The notes: generated by a model from the letters alone, not told the origin. 64,000 nt of DNA from Anthoceros angustus (GCA_010909165.1 MU008165.1:1116001-1180000), one strand, 5' to 3'. Positions 12,905-26,520 are shown, counted from the stretch's first letter. Numbers and translations are program-made.

Positions 12905-14505
12905 CCGGTTCCTCCTACCGTAATCCTCGAAACAAACACGTAGCCTATCCCGTCCGCGACACACCTCGATCGTGAGCAAAGTTTTCCAATCCTACATCCC
13001 CCATCATCAAGCACACGGAGGTGCTCTTCCCTCCTTCACTTGCTCCGCATCCCCAAGGACCATTGAGTTGTCGCTGGCTTCACCACATGCCATATGACCC
13101 TTGGTCTCGGGCTTCCTCGTTGGTCTCGCTTCAACGACACATATGAACCCCGGCACCGGCCATGTTGTTCACCATGGGCTCCTTATTGAACGTCTTTCCG
13201 CCTCCATAGCCGCTCCTCGCCCACCTCCTCCTCTTCCGTCGGTGTCCATGGAATTGATTCAAGGTCCATGAATTGAGCGCACAGGATCCACATCAGAAAT
13301 GACATTACGGCATAAGCGAGCAATGCTATCATACGACCGATCCTGCGCACCGTCCCAATCTCCCTCATCAGGTGAATCAACCTCTTCAAGAGTCTTAGGG
13401 GCTTCGATAGGGGAAACAACCCGATCATCCGCGGTGTTGTAACACAATTTTAGTTCCACGCGTTCGGCAAACAGTTGTCACTCCACCGCCAAGTTGCGTC
13501 GGTTCTCGAGCACAAGCGGTTGAGGCACACAATCCTTATCCAAGCTCCTGCGGGCGCAAGTGAAAAGTCCACGCATCGTCGGCTGTCCTCGACAATCTTT
13601 GTCACATTGGTTTTATGCCGGTAACATGTAAATCACGGCACCCCACACGCTTCCATCGACTTCTCTAACCATAGATGTGTCATCCGAGAATGGAAGACCA
13701 CACCGGTCCTCCTACCATCCTCGAAACAAACACGTAGCCTATCATCCACGCGACACACCTCGATGAAGCAAAGTTTTCCAATCCTACATCCCCACCACAT
13801 CAAGCACACCCGGAGGAGGTGCTCTTGCCTCCTTCACTTGCTCCGCATCCCCAAGGACCATTGAGTTGTCTGCCGGTGCTTCACCACTTGCCATATGACC
13901 CTTGGTCTCGGGCTTCCTCGTTGGTCTCAACGACACATATGAACCCCACCATGTTGTTCACCATGGGCTCCTTATTGAACGTCTTTCCGCCTCCATAGCG
14001 CTCCTCGCCCACCTCCTCCTCTTAGTCGGCCGGTGTCCATGGAATTGATTCAAGGTCCATGAATTGAGCGCACTGGGATCCACATCAGAAATGACATTAC
14101 GGCATAAGCGAGCATGCTATCATACGACCCCGATCCTGCCCAGACCCAATCTCCCTCATGTCAATGAATCAACCTCTTCAAGAGTCTTAGGGGCTTCGAT
14201 AGGGGAAACAACCCGATCATCCGCAGTGTTGTAACACAATTTTAGTTCCACTGCTCGTTCGGCAAACACAGTTGTCACTCCACCGCCAAGTTGCGTCGGT
14301 TCTCTGAGCACAAACGGTTGAGGCACACAATCCTTATCCAAGCTCCCTGCGGCGCAAGTGAAAAAGTCCCCTGCATCGTACAGCCTGTCCTCTGACAATG
14401 CTGTCACATTGGTTTTATGCCAGTAACATGTCGTCACAGCACCCCTGCACGCTTCCATCAGCACTTCTCTAACCATAGATGTGTCATCCGAGAATGGAAG
14501 ACCAC
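12905..14505. repeat. Tandem near-duplicate (~795 bp; ~12905-13700 and ~13700-14505) covering the C-terminal part of the methyltransferase
   Basis: Same sequence twice with complementary indels; junction at short AGACC microhomology; probably a consensus artefact. Confidence 0.8.
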
Positions 14506-14760
14506 AATCGAAATACAGGATGTGGTGATGCCTTTGAAGCGCATGATGACCCCTTCAAACTCGCCTTGGTAAATCTTGTGTCATACTCGTGATTGGGGAT
14601 CTAGATCCAAGCCTCGGGAGGTCTAACAACAACAAAGCATACGGTCGGGGCTCTACAAACCGGGCCATGTTCACTATGTTCCCACACATATCCCGACCTT
14701 CTTTGGGTTTTTCGGCTTGGAGTCGTTCACGATTGTCATCGCTTATCCTCGGTGTGGTCG
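13183..14760 (-). pseudogene. Beta-class N6-adenine/N4-cytosine DNA methyltransferase (N6_N4_Mtase-like), frameshifted in this assembly, transposon cargo
   Basis: Motifs in beta-class order: GI.CGNIVNMARFVEPRPYALLLLDLP[x]GLD (catalytic motif IV, 14623-14615); IVVFHS; CYWHKTN (~14427-14410); SPIE-KPLRLLKRLIH; EGDWV.DG.AGSGS..IAC...RNVIS.DVDP (SAM-binding motifs I-II, readable by combining the two duplicated copies). Confidence 0.72.
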
Positions 14761-15491
14761 ATTTCAAGGCACGTTGCGACTCCTCCATCGCTTCCAAGCT
14801 CGGCCTTGAATATGTGCTCCTTGAAGTTCTCGGTAGGGCACCCCACTCAAGGCAAGTGTTGGCACGCAGACATGAAAGACACATCCCACCGTCAAATGCA
14901 ACGTTCTACCGTTCGAATGTATGCGGTGAATGCCTCCACTTTCCATGACTTATAAGGACAAGAAGCGACAAGAGAGAAACTACGATTTGGGTATAGCTAA
15001 GTGTTCATCGAGGACCCACAGTTTTTGAAGGCGGTGGAAGTTACTAATTTGATTCACCATGCGATGTCGGGATATCGTTCTGAACCTCTTCAAATGTCTC
15101 ACAGTGCAAATGCTTGGCCAGTGTAACATGGATGAGGTTGAGTTTTTTGGCCTTGTCCACCCACGAACATTTGTTTCAATGTCAATTCTCGGCCGGGACT
15201 TTCATGCATGTCTTCAAGTTGTTGTTCCAGTGCGGGCTCGATGCCTGAAACACTTCCATACCCTCACCGTATACTAAGCTCCTTTGTGTCAATGACCAAG
15301 TTTGCTCTAACTGCTGTTGTCTTCCTTGAATTCCTGCGGGCCTTTATTTGTTTAGTGAGCCGGCCTTCCACTGCTCGCAACTGTTTGTCTCCCACTTCTC
15401 AAAGATTTCATCCACGTACTTCCACACCTCATCATCAACCTTCGCAACACAATAATCCGGTCCGGTTATCCACGAGGCGGTGATAGTGACC

Positions 15492-16050
15492 TTAGGTCCA
15501 TGCTTGGTGCATCCCACTTAGGAACCACCTTGACCGGGCATATATCTCCAACTTCCAGTCTAAGTCACACTTCAGCCCATCAGCTAGCCTGGCCTTCATC
15601 TCAGTTCTGATGTACCTCACACGGTCGATGAAAGTAAAAGTCTTCCTGGCATCCGCAATGGTGTTGTGATCAGTGGCAACTAACCTCATCTCCTCATTTG
15701 TGAGGCCAGCAAGAACATATGCATCCATCCACCTGTACTCTTGAACCAATGGATACAAGTCGGCTAGTCTAGATCTGGCCTGGAAGGAATGATTCCCTCC
15801 CAATACATAAAATTTGTACACCCCCCGATCCACCTTATCCATGTCAAAGAAGTTCTTGTTGGGACACTGGGCCGGGTCTACAATGACAATCATGGGCACA
15901 CACACCACCACGTGGAATGCTTCATCTTTTGCATCAAAGCCTCCACCCAAGCCGAGTCTAGCTTACGTACCTTGCCAACCGACATAGTTCTTGGAGGTCT
16001 ACAACCTGATGGACAGCTTTAACGTGGACTCCCATACTCTCTTTTCCATA
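15492..16050 (-). CDS. ParB/Sulfiredoxin-like domain, transposon cargo; probably the same polypeptide or transcript as the methyltransferase
   Basis: VRKLDSAWVEALMQKM...PMIVIVD...FYVLGGNHSFQARSRL...AYVLAGLTNEEMRLVATDHN matches the ParB N-domain pattern R.ld..v..L..s...PiiV...y.v.dG.HR..A.......N (ORF 15492-15950 plus upstream frame). Confidence 0.7.
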
Positions 16051-16829
16051 ATTGCCTCCCTCGCAACATCTCTCGCCTCGGCCCTCGTCGTAGCTTTGTC
16101 GTCATCCGTGGCTACTGCATCCTTGGCCTTCTCTATGAACTTTGGGAGCTCTTGCCCCTCTCGGACATCATGTGCCATTCGTTGCTTCGCGCCTTGTTGA
16201 CCTTCCCACCCGCCCCCTCCACGATTGCACTCTCAATCCCTTCCCTCTTTTCCTCGATTGTCTACCCCGCGGGTGTGGCTTGAACCCTTCGCGTGCCATG
16301 GGAGACCCAAATCCCGGTCCGTTGCATCCACCTCGCCCCATCGTCATCTTCCACGTCTTCGTCGGGGCTGGATATGATCCACCGGCCTCGGGCCATCGGC
16401 CGAATGCCATCGCCAAACCCCTCATTGTCCTGGTCCCCACCCGCATCCTCATCTTCGTCTTCGTCGGCTAGAGAGGTTAGGGTGACATCATCGCTGACCA
16501 TGGGCTAGGAAAAACCAGCGGCTCGGTGGGCGGACTGTTGCTTGGACTCAAGCACCGGACGTCCGTGGCGCAACCCCTCTTACCAGAAGCTTTCATTTCG
16601 CAAACTAGTTCTTTGAAGCGTGTCCGAATTATATTTTGTGCCACCACCTTTTGTTGCGGTTTCACTTGGCGCGCGGTCATGCATATCGATGGCGGTTGCC
16701 AGACGCTGCATGGATTTACTGATCCCATTAGCACTAGGAGTTGCCATTTGATTTCCACTCGGCGAGATGCCATGCTAGGGGCCTTCTCGCAGCAGATGCC
16801 CTTTCGATGTAAGCAATGCATCATCCGCA

Positions 16830-17180
16830 CACCTTCTAAACATTGCTGGTGCAAAGCCTTGTGGAAGACACGATGTCCATCACCGTGTCGCAATGCCTCA
16901 AAGTTCTTGCCTTTTCCGCTCGTTGGCACGCCACAATGTCAAAGTTCTTCACCGCAACCTTGTATACTCTAATCCATTGCGGGTCCGGAAGAGGCTCCTT
17001 GTGCTTGAGCGGATCGCAATATGACGTACACACCGCTCATCCTTCATGGTAGCGTGAAAACAAGCGCTCCCGCACATTTCTTTTGGCTGGTGTGGTTCGC
17101 ATCATCCTCCATCGACACATACAAGAAGAGCAAGTCTTGATTGGGTCATTTGACCTCCAACTTCTCTTTGTAATGTCAAA
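16830..17180 (-). pseudogene. Possible trihelix/Myb-SANT-like DNA-binding domain at the N-terminus of the cargo protein
   Basis: K[W*]PNQDLLFLYVSMEDD...MKDER...SYC...QWIR.YKVAVKNFDIV...SGKGKNFEAL...VFHKALHQQ resembles plant trihelix domains; an acidic linker (DEDEDED, 16262-16501) separates it from the ParB domain. Confidence 0.35.
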
Positions 17181-19928
17181 TGGCGAGATCATCTTGTACA
17201 TCCGTGGATCAAGTCAATATCGGACCGCTTGTAAGGACTCGGAAAGATGCCTTGGTCGGCGGATGCTCTTGTGGAAAGACCCGCATCGGTGGCGCAGATT
17301 TGAGTTGTCCTTGGAGTCCGGGTGGTCCGGGCTCGTCGCCTCGTTCAAGGCCTGTGAGTCTGTACCCTTCCGTCGCGCCTTTTTTTCTCCACCGGAGCGT
17401 CCTGCGATTTGTTGGAGTCATTCTTCCGCTTCGAGCCCTTCGGAGGAGCCATTCTGTATGCAACTATGAAAGAAGTGAGATCACAGAAGTGTTTAGATTG
17501 TTAAAAGCTGATACCTGCATGAGCTGCAACTTCTCAGAACACGGGACAGTCTGTGTGCAAGCGGGAGTTGACAGAAGTTGATGCTCACAGACGACTAGCC
17601 CAGCCTGCTGCACCCTCGAGAGCAACAGAATTGCACGCTGCTGATGAGGAGGTCGACAGTGTCCTGATATCTGCAGCTGCCGGCCTGCCCGCTGATGGAC
17701 AAAGTGCGGGTGAGTGTGAGAACGACCCGTTTTCTCCAGTCCGCGGCAATCTCTTGCTTTTCCGCCCACACATAAGCTAGATGGAAATACACATCTTCCC
17801 GCCAAAGCGAGAATGAATCTATACCATCCAGAAAGGGGAAGGTGGGGTCGCTGTGCCTTCATGAAGGAAGACACAGGGCAGGCAGGCTCTGTAATCAAGC
17901 AACTCCTTAAATGCTTTGTCGCCGGCGACCGTGTTTTGCCATTGTCCCGGCTAATGTGGCAAATGCAATATTGAGCATATTCTAAGGTATATGCTAGTTA
18001 TGCCACGGCTAAAATAGTGTTCAGCGGTGGCATAACGATGGGCACCTAGAGTGATTCAGCATCCACCGACTAGCAGCTGTACACAGCCGCCGTTTCCTAC
18101 CAGCCGCAAAGTGGGCACCTCGACTTCATTGCCAGCATTTAGTGCGAAGGCTTATTTCGAGCCCGGTGTATCGAGTCTTGCGCATCCACTTCTCATCCAC
18201 CTTGCGCATCCCTCCTCCTCCCGGGCGTCCGCGCCCGTGAGAGCAATAAAGCGTGTTCGATTTTGCAAATTTCGGGCGGGTCGGATGCATGTCATTCGAA
18301 GGTGGCCATGAGTCGGCGACTCAATTGTTGATCTCAGATGCGCGCACAAGCGTCGTAGTTTTAGAGGATGATTCACGCTATGGCGGCGCGTGAGCATAGT
18401 CCTTGAAGAGACACGGTGGCGGACTTCAGCGGTGGAAGCGATGGCGATGTGCGTGTTCCGAGATATGGAGGGCGGAGGATATGGTTGCGGCGATGGGGAC
18501 CTTTTGCATGCGATCCGTGCGATGCGAGGCGGAGAGGATCGCACAAGAGGCTCGTGCGGGCGTTTAACCGGATGTCCGGTGCTCGGACGCAGCGCCGCGC
18601 GAGGCCCGCCGTGTGCCACCACGAGGCGGCACGGCACCATCCATCCGGACTTCTTGGATCACCGATGGCGGCGCATCGCGAAGATGTACCTGTTGGCGCA
18701 TTTGGGCAAAACCGGATAACACCGGACGCCCGCCGGCGACAAGGTCGGCCCTCCGGCGGATCGTGGGGGTCCGAATACTATCGAGAATGTGCTACCGGTG
18801 GGAACAGGCAAGACTACGATGTGGAGAGTGTTGCGAGTCTCCGGACTTTGGTGAGAAGATCCACATTGTTGATTTTGGGCTTGGCTTGGAAACAATATCG
18901 CCGGGTGATGGCGGAGTTGCAAATCTTGGGAGTCGTCAAGAGCTAATGTGGTCCGTGGTCCCGGATCTTTGTTTGGTGATTGTGATGCCATCCGTTGGAG
19001 TTGCACGAGATGATGCCTCGCGCATCCGAGCCAAAGGTGAGGATCTGCGTGCAACGAGCAGCGTTGCCAAGCGTAAAGTACCTCCGGCCAGAGCTAGAAT
19101 GGATTTGGTCTTAGAGAAGCATTGTTCCAGGGCCAAGTTGTGCGCCGATTTAAAGCGGCATTGTTGTGACAAAAAATGTTTAGAGCGTGTTGGCCATTCG
19201 AAATTGAAGGTGATTCGTGTAGCATTCTTCCGCATGACAAAAGGAGAGCAGGAACAGCATTTGCAAGACCATCTGGATCTGATCGAAGACGAAGAGGAGT
19301 TGTTGCCCATAGTATGGATAAACCGGATTCCACATGGGAAGAAAGCAGTGTGTGTGAGGGCTTTTACAGCCGGGTTTTACGCATTGGGTCACTAAGATAC
19401 AAGAATGCAAACCGGTAGTGAAAAATGTTAGATGGACCGTAGGCTACGGTCTCAAAGCGCCAACGCCATATGGATTACACGTCATGTGGATGGGCGTTTT
19501 CTTCAAAGGCGGAAGGCGCGAATCGGGAAGTCTTCAACTTGCCGACTGTGTACAGAGAGATCTTCATTGAGTATGCGAGCGAAACGGTCGTGTGCTCCAC
19601 GTTTATTCTGACTACTTTTGCAAGCTTTGGATGAAGTATTTCCGGGCTGTTAAAATACCACGGTGCAACCGGTTTTCAGTCTGTGCAGACTGCGATGACC
19701 TAAAGAGGAAAATAAAAGACGCAGGTGTGGAGTGTAACCTTGTGTCTAGGGACACCGTGAGGTCCACATTCACCCTCAATGTCGTTGTAGGCTTAGGATT
19801 CGCTCCCAAGGGAATGGTTTGTGCCAAGAGACGCTAACTTCTATCGCTCACGGCCTTAAGTCGTGACTACTGCACTCCTCTTACCTATCTACTCAACTAC
19901 TACCTCCCGACTTGTCCAACTACCACGA

Positions 19929-19997
19929 TCTTATTCCACGACCACAAATCTTATTCCACGACCACAAATCTTATTCCACGACCAATCTTATTCCACG
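19929..19997 (+). repeat. 20-bp tandem repeat (TCTTATTCCACGACCACAAA, ~3.5 units) inside the LTR; counterpart at ~26981-27045
   Basis: Directly visible in both LTR copies. Confidence 0.85.
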
Positions 19998-22900
19998 ACG
20001 CGGTGGCTCTCACCACTCGGGTGGTTGCTTACAGTGGGTCCCACGCCAAACCCTAGCGACTTATTTGGCGCCTGGCGCCCGCGGATCCGCAGGCGGCTAC
20101 CGTACCTGGATCGGACTTTATTCTGCACTCCACACTTCATGCACACACACACGATTCCTAGGGACCAAAGTTCCACAAATCCCTCACCGCTTCACACACA
20201 CACAAAGGCGCCACTCACACAATTCCACAAGGGGCAGCTTTTCCTCTTGTGCACACTTCCATGACCGGTTTGGATTCTTTTGGATCCACACAAATCTCCA
20301 TTAGTTTCTCAATTAGTTCTCCTTCTCAACTCCTCTTACACCTCGCATCGCGTCTGATTATTCGATCACTCCTTCACCCAATCTTCTCTCTCTCTCTCTC
20401 TCCCCCTCGGGCTTCCAACCATCCACTCAACACTTCTCTCTCAATTTGAACACAACTTCGCGGAACAAGGGTGAAGGAAAGAAGAACCCCAGGCGTCCTG
20501 GCGGGCGTTACGAGCAAGCTCCGGACCGCCCGCGCCAATCCCTTGGTTTCCTCCTCCTTTGTCGGCCAAGATTGCTCTATCACCCCTCCTCCCCGGTTGC
20601 GCAAGCTCGACCACCCCTAGGAGGCGTCTCGCGCACACCACCTCTCAATCGGACGTCTCCAACCAGCCACAGGCGTGGGGATCTCAACCAGAGTTATCTC
20701 GATGTGAGGGGGCAACCAAGCCCCTTTATACAATTCTTTTGGGCGTCATAGCCACCGGACTTTCAGTCCTAAAAGGTGAGCGAAGGCGCCCCTACAATTT
20801 CGGACGGCCTTAGGTCCAAGATGGCATCCTATCCAAAGTTCTATTCCTAGGATGCCACTACTCCCTGCCCATGTTATCTCCTCCCCTCCGATTTGGTCGC
20901 TTTGGCCCTTCGTCCTTCTTGCTGAATTTATGGGTCCTCCTTCCTCGTTCTTTGATCGGAAAATCCTCCCATAAACTCTCCTTTGTTTTCCATGATCCCA
21001 AGTCCCGGCTCCCTCACCAATCCTCCACCTCGGACCCTCAATGGTCCATATTTGGCCATTAGGCGTCAAAATTTCAGCAACCTTGGGCGCCATGCTCTGC
21101 AAAACCCTCACGCCCACGCCTCTTGCTGATAACTCGCCTCGAATCTCCAATCCCCAGGTTTCTTCCTTCCAGAATCGCGAGCTCCGCCGCCACGGGCACG
21201 CCCTTCTGACCTCGTGCGAGCTCGTGCCTGTCGAGATGCAGGAGCTACCCAGCCGCCCGCGCCGTGCCTTTCGAGTTCCCTTAGGGTTATATTTCCCGAA
21301 ACTCGCCTCGGCTTCGCTACCACTTCTTCTTCGACCGCTCCTTCCTTCCACGACCGCCCGGTTCGCCGTCTTGAAACATAGTCCCGGTCGGCGACCACAC
21401 AGTTCAACTCGCCGGTTGGTTCGACCTCTAGCCTACGGACCTCGCCAAATATGGGGACCCCCATATATAGGCCTTTTATTAAATATTCCAAGACCAAAGG
21501 CCAAGGAGTATCGAGTTCATAGTCCAAGGACCGATTATTATTTAACCCGAAACAACCCCAAAACTCATAGGCCAAGGACACTTTCTACTATAAATATCCC
21601 TTCCTACTCATAACCTAGCTCTTCTTGACACCAAACTTAAAAAAACAAAAATCACTCAAAGACACAATCCAACGAGTTTCCAATACGGATCGTTTACATA
21701 CTCCCTTCTCATTTGTTGGCGCCCTCGCCAACTCATGTAATATTTCTTGACTCTCCAACCGTTGATTTGGTTGGTAGTCATCTAGTTGGGTATGGAGCCA
21801 TTTGCGAAAACTTCAAGGACTTTATATGGCCCCATCCATGAAGGTGAAGCTTGCCTCGAAAGTGCATATATCTGTTGTCATATGGTAGGTCCAAGTCACG
21901 GTACCACCCACAACCTTTCTCTTCCGTCCGGTCCCTCGATATAAAAGTCTGTGGCGGACAAATGGACTCGAATAATGCCGAGGCATCTTTGTTGTTGCCT
22001 TGAAAGGTCAGGGGATCTTTGCCCAATTCAGAACTCAAATATTTACGAATAAGTAGGCTGTGTATCCGGATCTCCCTTCTCATTCTTGCCGTACCATCAC
22101 TTGCCGTCTTCCGATTACGCGGGCCGCTTCCCCTCCATCTCGCCCGAACAACGCTTCGCCGGGAGCAACTTCCACATCCGTCCCACCACCTTCCACTCGT
22201 TCCACCTTCCACTACCCGTAGTACCTTCCACACGGTCACGATCAGCTGTCACTCCATAACAACCCACGGTGATGGGTGGGAATGTCTCTTGATAGTCCCG
22301 CTCTTCATCCGACCAAGAAATGTGGGCAAAGAACTTCTCTTTCTCATCCTCCTCCCCAAATGTGTCTTCTCTGGAGGTATAGCCATACTTTTGTGGCGTC
22401 TCTCCTGCGTCGTATCTCGACTCCAAGATAAACATATCCTCCTTCCTTAACCTTGGGGTCCCAGTCCAGGTTTGAAGCCCACTTCCTTCCTTGCCCACTT
22501 GAAGGTACAGTGCCCCATACATCCACGTCCGCCAATCAAAGCGTCATATCCGGGAGCTTTACGTTTGATGACCACATAGTCCATAAGGTGCGGAATGGTA
22601 CCAATATGGGTTAGAACTCCATCGGCTCCCCACGGTGTCATCTGGACATGTCCGAGCGACCTTGGATGTGTGTTCTATCTCCAGCTTAAGTGTGTCCTCC
22701 GTCATGATGTTGACCCCGGACCCGAATCCGAGGTACTTTCTTGATAACATCCCGAGATTTCTATCTGCAGCTCGCGGGACCTTGGTCACCATGGCCACCA
22801 TGTTCACAGCAAGGGGCCTCGGCCTTGTTTTGGGAAGGTGCCTCTTCTTGGGTTGTCTGCCTTCAATGCCGGATCTGTGGCGGTACCTCGGATTGTCCAC

Positions 22901-23504
22901 GAGAATTGTCCAAATGTTATCATGAATTTTTGGTCCATGATGGCCTCCAGATTGAAAGGGCCATTCAGCTGTGTTCTCCCCTTCTCAGCGCTTGCTCCCA
23001 CTCCCGTTTCAGCAACCGCGGTAGCTCCCACAGGTGTCGCGGTCGGAGCGAGATGGCGGTTGGGTTGGGTGGGCGGTAGTGGGAGGTGTGGTGGTGTGCA
23101 TTCTTCCTCGGATCATCTCCATGACTTCCTTTCCGACATCTGGCGGAAACCCTAACTCATCCTTTTTCCTTTTTCGGATCTCGCGATTCGATTCTACCCC
23201 ATCGGCTCCCTCCTTCGCGTCATCCCTCGAATCCCGGGTTCACTAAAGTTACACGTGGTGCCAAAATCGCAATGTGGCGCGTATTGTGGCGTTGCCCGTG
23301 CCTCCCCTCCGGATTCGGCTGCCCCTCGACCCCTCATGGGGCTTTTTTTTGGACCCCTTCCTTCCCCGATGAAGCGACTTCCTCCTCACTCCGATGTTGG
23401 GGCTCCCAATCTTCCTTCTTTCTTTTCTTCCCCGTTCTCCCCTTAGGGTGTCGCCTTCCTCCGCTCCGGCGTTCGACGACCATGGGGTTTCATAGTACCC
23501 CCAT

Positions 23505-26500
23505 GTCCTCCAATCCTCAAACTTCTCAACATGTTGGCCTCGGAATCCTCCCATACGCCATGAGCGCGTCTTGACTTGCATCACAGGGATTTTGCTCCAT
23601 GGGTGGGTGGGTTGCGTAGGGGTTGAGCAATCCTCACATGTTTCTTGATGAGAGGACCGCCGCTACGTGCCGATTGCTTGCAATCCACACGACCTCTCAA
23701 AATCACCATTCCTGGCGAGATGCGGAGGGCACGCAAGATGCGAACCCTCGGCAATTGTAACCGAATGGCACTCATTTGCGGGGTTCCTTGCCATCGATTG
23801 CGAATGCCCATGTTTGGAGTTTCGTAAACTTGAGGGTATAAAGTCTTGGTACCAGTGGTGTCGCCTCTTGAATTTGGTATGTATCTTCCAAGCACATCTC
23901 CTCCTCCTCTTCCTCGTAGCCAGATTTGCACCTTTGTTTGTGGACGATTCGACCTCGAGTGCCCTACATCCACAAGTTGAGCGAAGAGATTCGCCCGCTC
24001 CGTGTACCCTTCTCCTCTATCGTGGTCTTGATGGCATTAAGATGGAGTTTCTCCGGTTTGACCATCATTTCCTCCATCTTGTTCCTTGTTGCTCCACCTT
24101 TTTGGCTGCTGTTTCCACCTCTCTTCTCACACTCCGCGTCCTTCTTTGCATATAGCTCCTTTCCTCACGCGTCTTGTTTCCCACTCATTTTTCTTCCTTC
24201 TTTCTCTCCCCTTGACGCTCATCTCACGAATCTTCCTCGAATCCTCTGGTCTCTTCTTGGTGGAACTATCAGGAGTCGAGAGCTATCTTCCTCCGTGGGC
24301 TGTCATCGGAGGATGAGTAGTACTTCTTCTTCTTGGATTTCTTCTTGTCCCATCCCTTCTTGATTTCTTCTTCCTTCCGCATTGGACTCCTCGTAGTTCA
24401 GGCGGCCTTGATCGCCGATCCAAGTCTTTCTCGGCTTGGGCGTCGTGCTTCCCATCTCCGCCAACCTCTTGCGACCGTGAATGGCCTTAATTCGGTGAGG
24501 TCCCCGATCCGCAGTGGAACCTTTCCACATAAGCTGCGGTCTCCTTCTTCCCTCTCCGCAATCCCTCGAGTTTGGACAAGACATATCCTTCCACATCCTC
24601 ACGAACCTTTCACAAAAGCTCTCTTCAAGGCCCCAAAGGTAGGGGGTGTGGAAGAAGCTATATACTCGTTTGTACCACTTGGCCGCTCATAAGACTCCAT
24701 AAAACAGTGGGCACGTTGCGCATCCTCTGGTTGTGGCGTCGGTGCTCAAAGCAGCTCGACAAACTCGTCGGGATCCTCATGGCCCTTCTTCTCTCCAGCG
24801 GGTAAGATTGCTTAGTGGTAACAACTCGGAGTAGTAGTCATAGCTACCGTGGTAGTACTTTCAGCAGCTAGATGGCGGATACAACTACCCGTCTGACTTT
24901 CCACCCAAAGTTTGGTGAGGCGATAGGCAATGCGGAGCGAGATCAAAAGCGGGGTCGGGTTGGGGTACACAGGCCCTTGTACGTAGCCGAGTTGGGAATC
25001 GTCGATAAGATCCCTAATTCCGGTCTCCTCATAGTACCACATCCATGTCCTCCAATCCTCAAACTTCTCGGCATATGCCTCGGAATCCTCCCATACGCCA
25101 TGAGCGCGTCTTGACTTGCATCACGTAGCATTTTGCTCCATGGGTGGGTGGGTTGCGTAAGGGGTTGAGCAATCCTCACATGTTCTTGATCGGAGAACCG
25201 CCCACATGGCGCTTGCAATCCACACGACCTCTCAAAATCACCATTCCTGGCGAGATGCGGAGGCACTGGCAAGATGCGAACCCTCGGCAATTGTAACCGA
25301 ATGGCACTCATTTGCGGGGTTCCTTGCCATCGATTGCGAATGCCCATATGTTTGGAGTTTCGTAAACTTGAGGGTATAAAGTCTTGGTGCCATGGTGTCG
25401 CCTCTTGAATTTGGTATGTATCTTCCAAGCACATCTCCTCCTCCTCTTCCTCGTAGCCAGCGGTTGCACCTTTGTTTGTGGACGATTCGACCTCGAGTGC
25501 CCTCGTCACAAGTTGAGCGAGAAGAGATTAGCCCGCGCTCCGTACTTCTCTCTCGTGGTCTTTTATGGCATTGAGATGAAGTTTCTCCCATCATTTCCTC
25601 CATCTTGTTCCTTGTTGCTCCACCTTTTTGGCTGTTTCCACCTCTCTTCTCACTGCTCCGCGTCCTTCTTTGCATATACAGCTCCTTTCCTCCGCGCGTC
25701 TTGTTTATTCGTTTCCTTCTTTCTCTCCCCTTCGCTCATCTCGTGAATCTTCCTCCGAGCTATCCTTGGTCTCTTCTTCCGTGGAACTATCCGAGTCTGT
25801 GAGGAGCTATCTTCCTCCGTGGAACCATCGGAGGATGAGTAGTACTTCTTCTTCTTCTTGGATTTCTTCTTGTCCTTATCCCTTCTTGATTTCTTTTCCC
25901 GCATTGGACTCCTCGTAGTTCAGGCGGCCTTGATCGCCGATCCAAGTCTTTCTCGGCTTGAGGCGTGTCTTCCCATCTCCGCCCAACCTCTTGCGAACCA
26001 GCGGATTGCCATTAACTCAGTGAGGTCCCCGATCCGTGGTGTGGAACCTTTCCACATAAGCTGCGGTCTCCTTCTTCCCTCTCCAATCCCTCGAGTTTGG
26101 ACAAGACATATCCTTCCACATCGACCCCTCACCTTTCACAAAAGCTCTCTTCAAGGCCCCAAAGGTGGCTGGGGGTGTGGAAGAAGCTATATACTCTCGT
26201 TTGTACCACTTGGCCGCTCCGCTAAGACTCCATAGAACGTGGGCACGTTGCGCATCCTCACGGTTGTGGCGTCGGTGCTCAAAGCAGCTCGACAAACTCG
26301 TCAGGATCCTCATGGCCCCTCTTCTCTCCATACAGGTAAGATTGCTTAGTGGTAACAACTCGGAGTAGTAGTCATAGCTACCGTGGTAGTACTTTCAGCT
26401 GAGTAGCGATACAACTACCCGTCATGCTTCCACGCAAGTTTGTTGGGTCGGCAACTGAGGCGGAGATTGAAAGGCGGTGGGTTGGGGTACACAGGCCCTT

Positions 26501-26520
26501 GTACCTTCCGTGGCGAGTTG
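23505..26520. repeat. Tandem near-duplicate (~1.5 kb; ~23505-25000 and ~25045-26520) inside the Athila-like element
   Basis: Same gag-region sequence twice with scattered indels. Confidence 0.8.

Noticed and set aside
13183-16050. Bacterial or phage contamination as the source of the ParB-MTase
   Set aside because: The segment lies between matched TIRs whose removal restores a plant copia reading frame, and the same element contains a plant gypsy insertion.
16830-16980. PHD finger in the cargo N-terminus
   Set aside because: The Cys/His residues are spread over different frames and do not give C4HC3 spacing.
19929-19997. Short repeat array as a CRISPR-like locus
   Set aside because: Head-to-tail 20-mers with no unique spacers, located inside a retrotransposon LTR in eukaryotic DNA.
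19863-21613. Long ORFs within the Athila-like LTRs as genes
   Set aside because: They are not preserved in frame between the two LTR copies and show no motifs; GC-rich chance ORFs.
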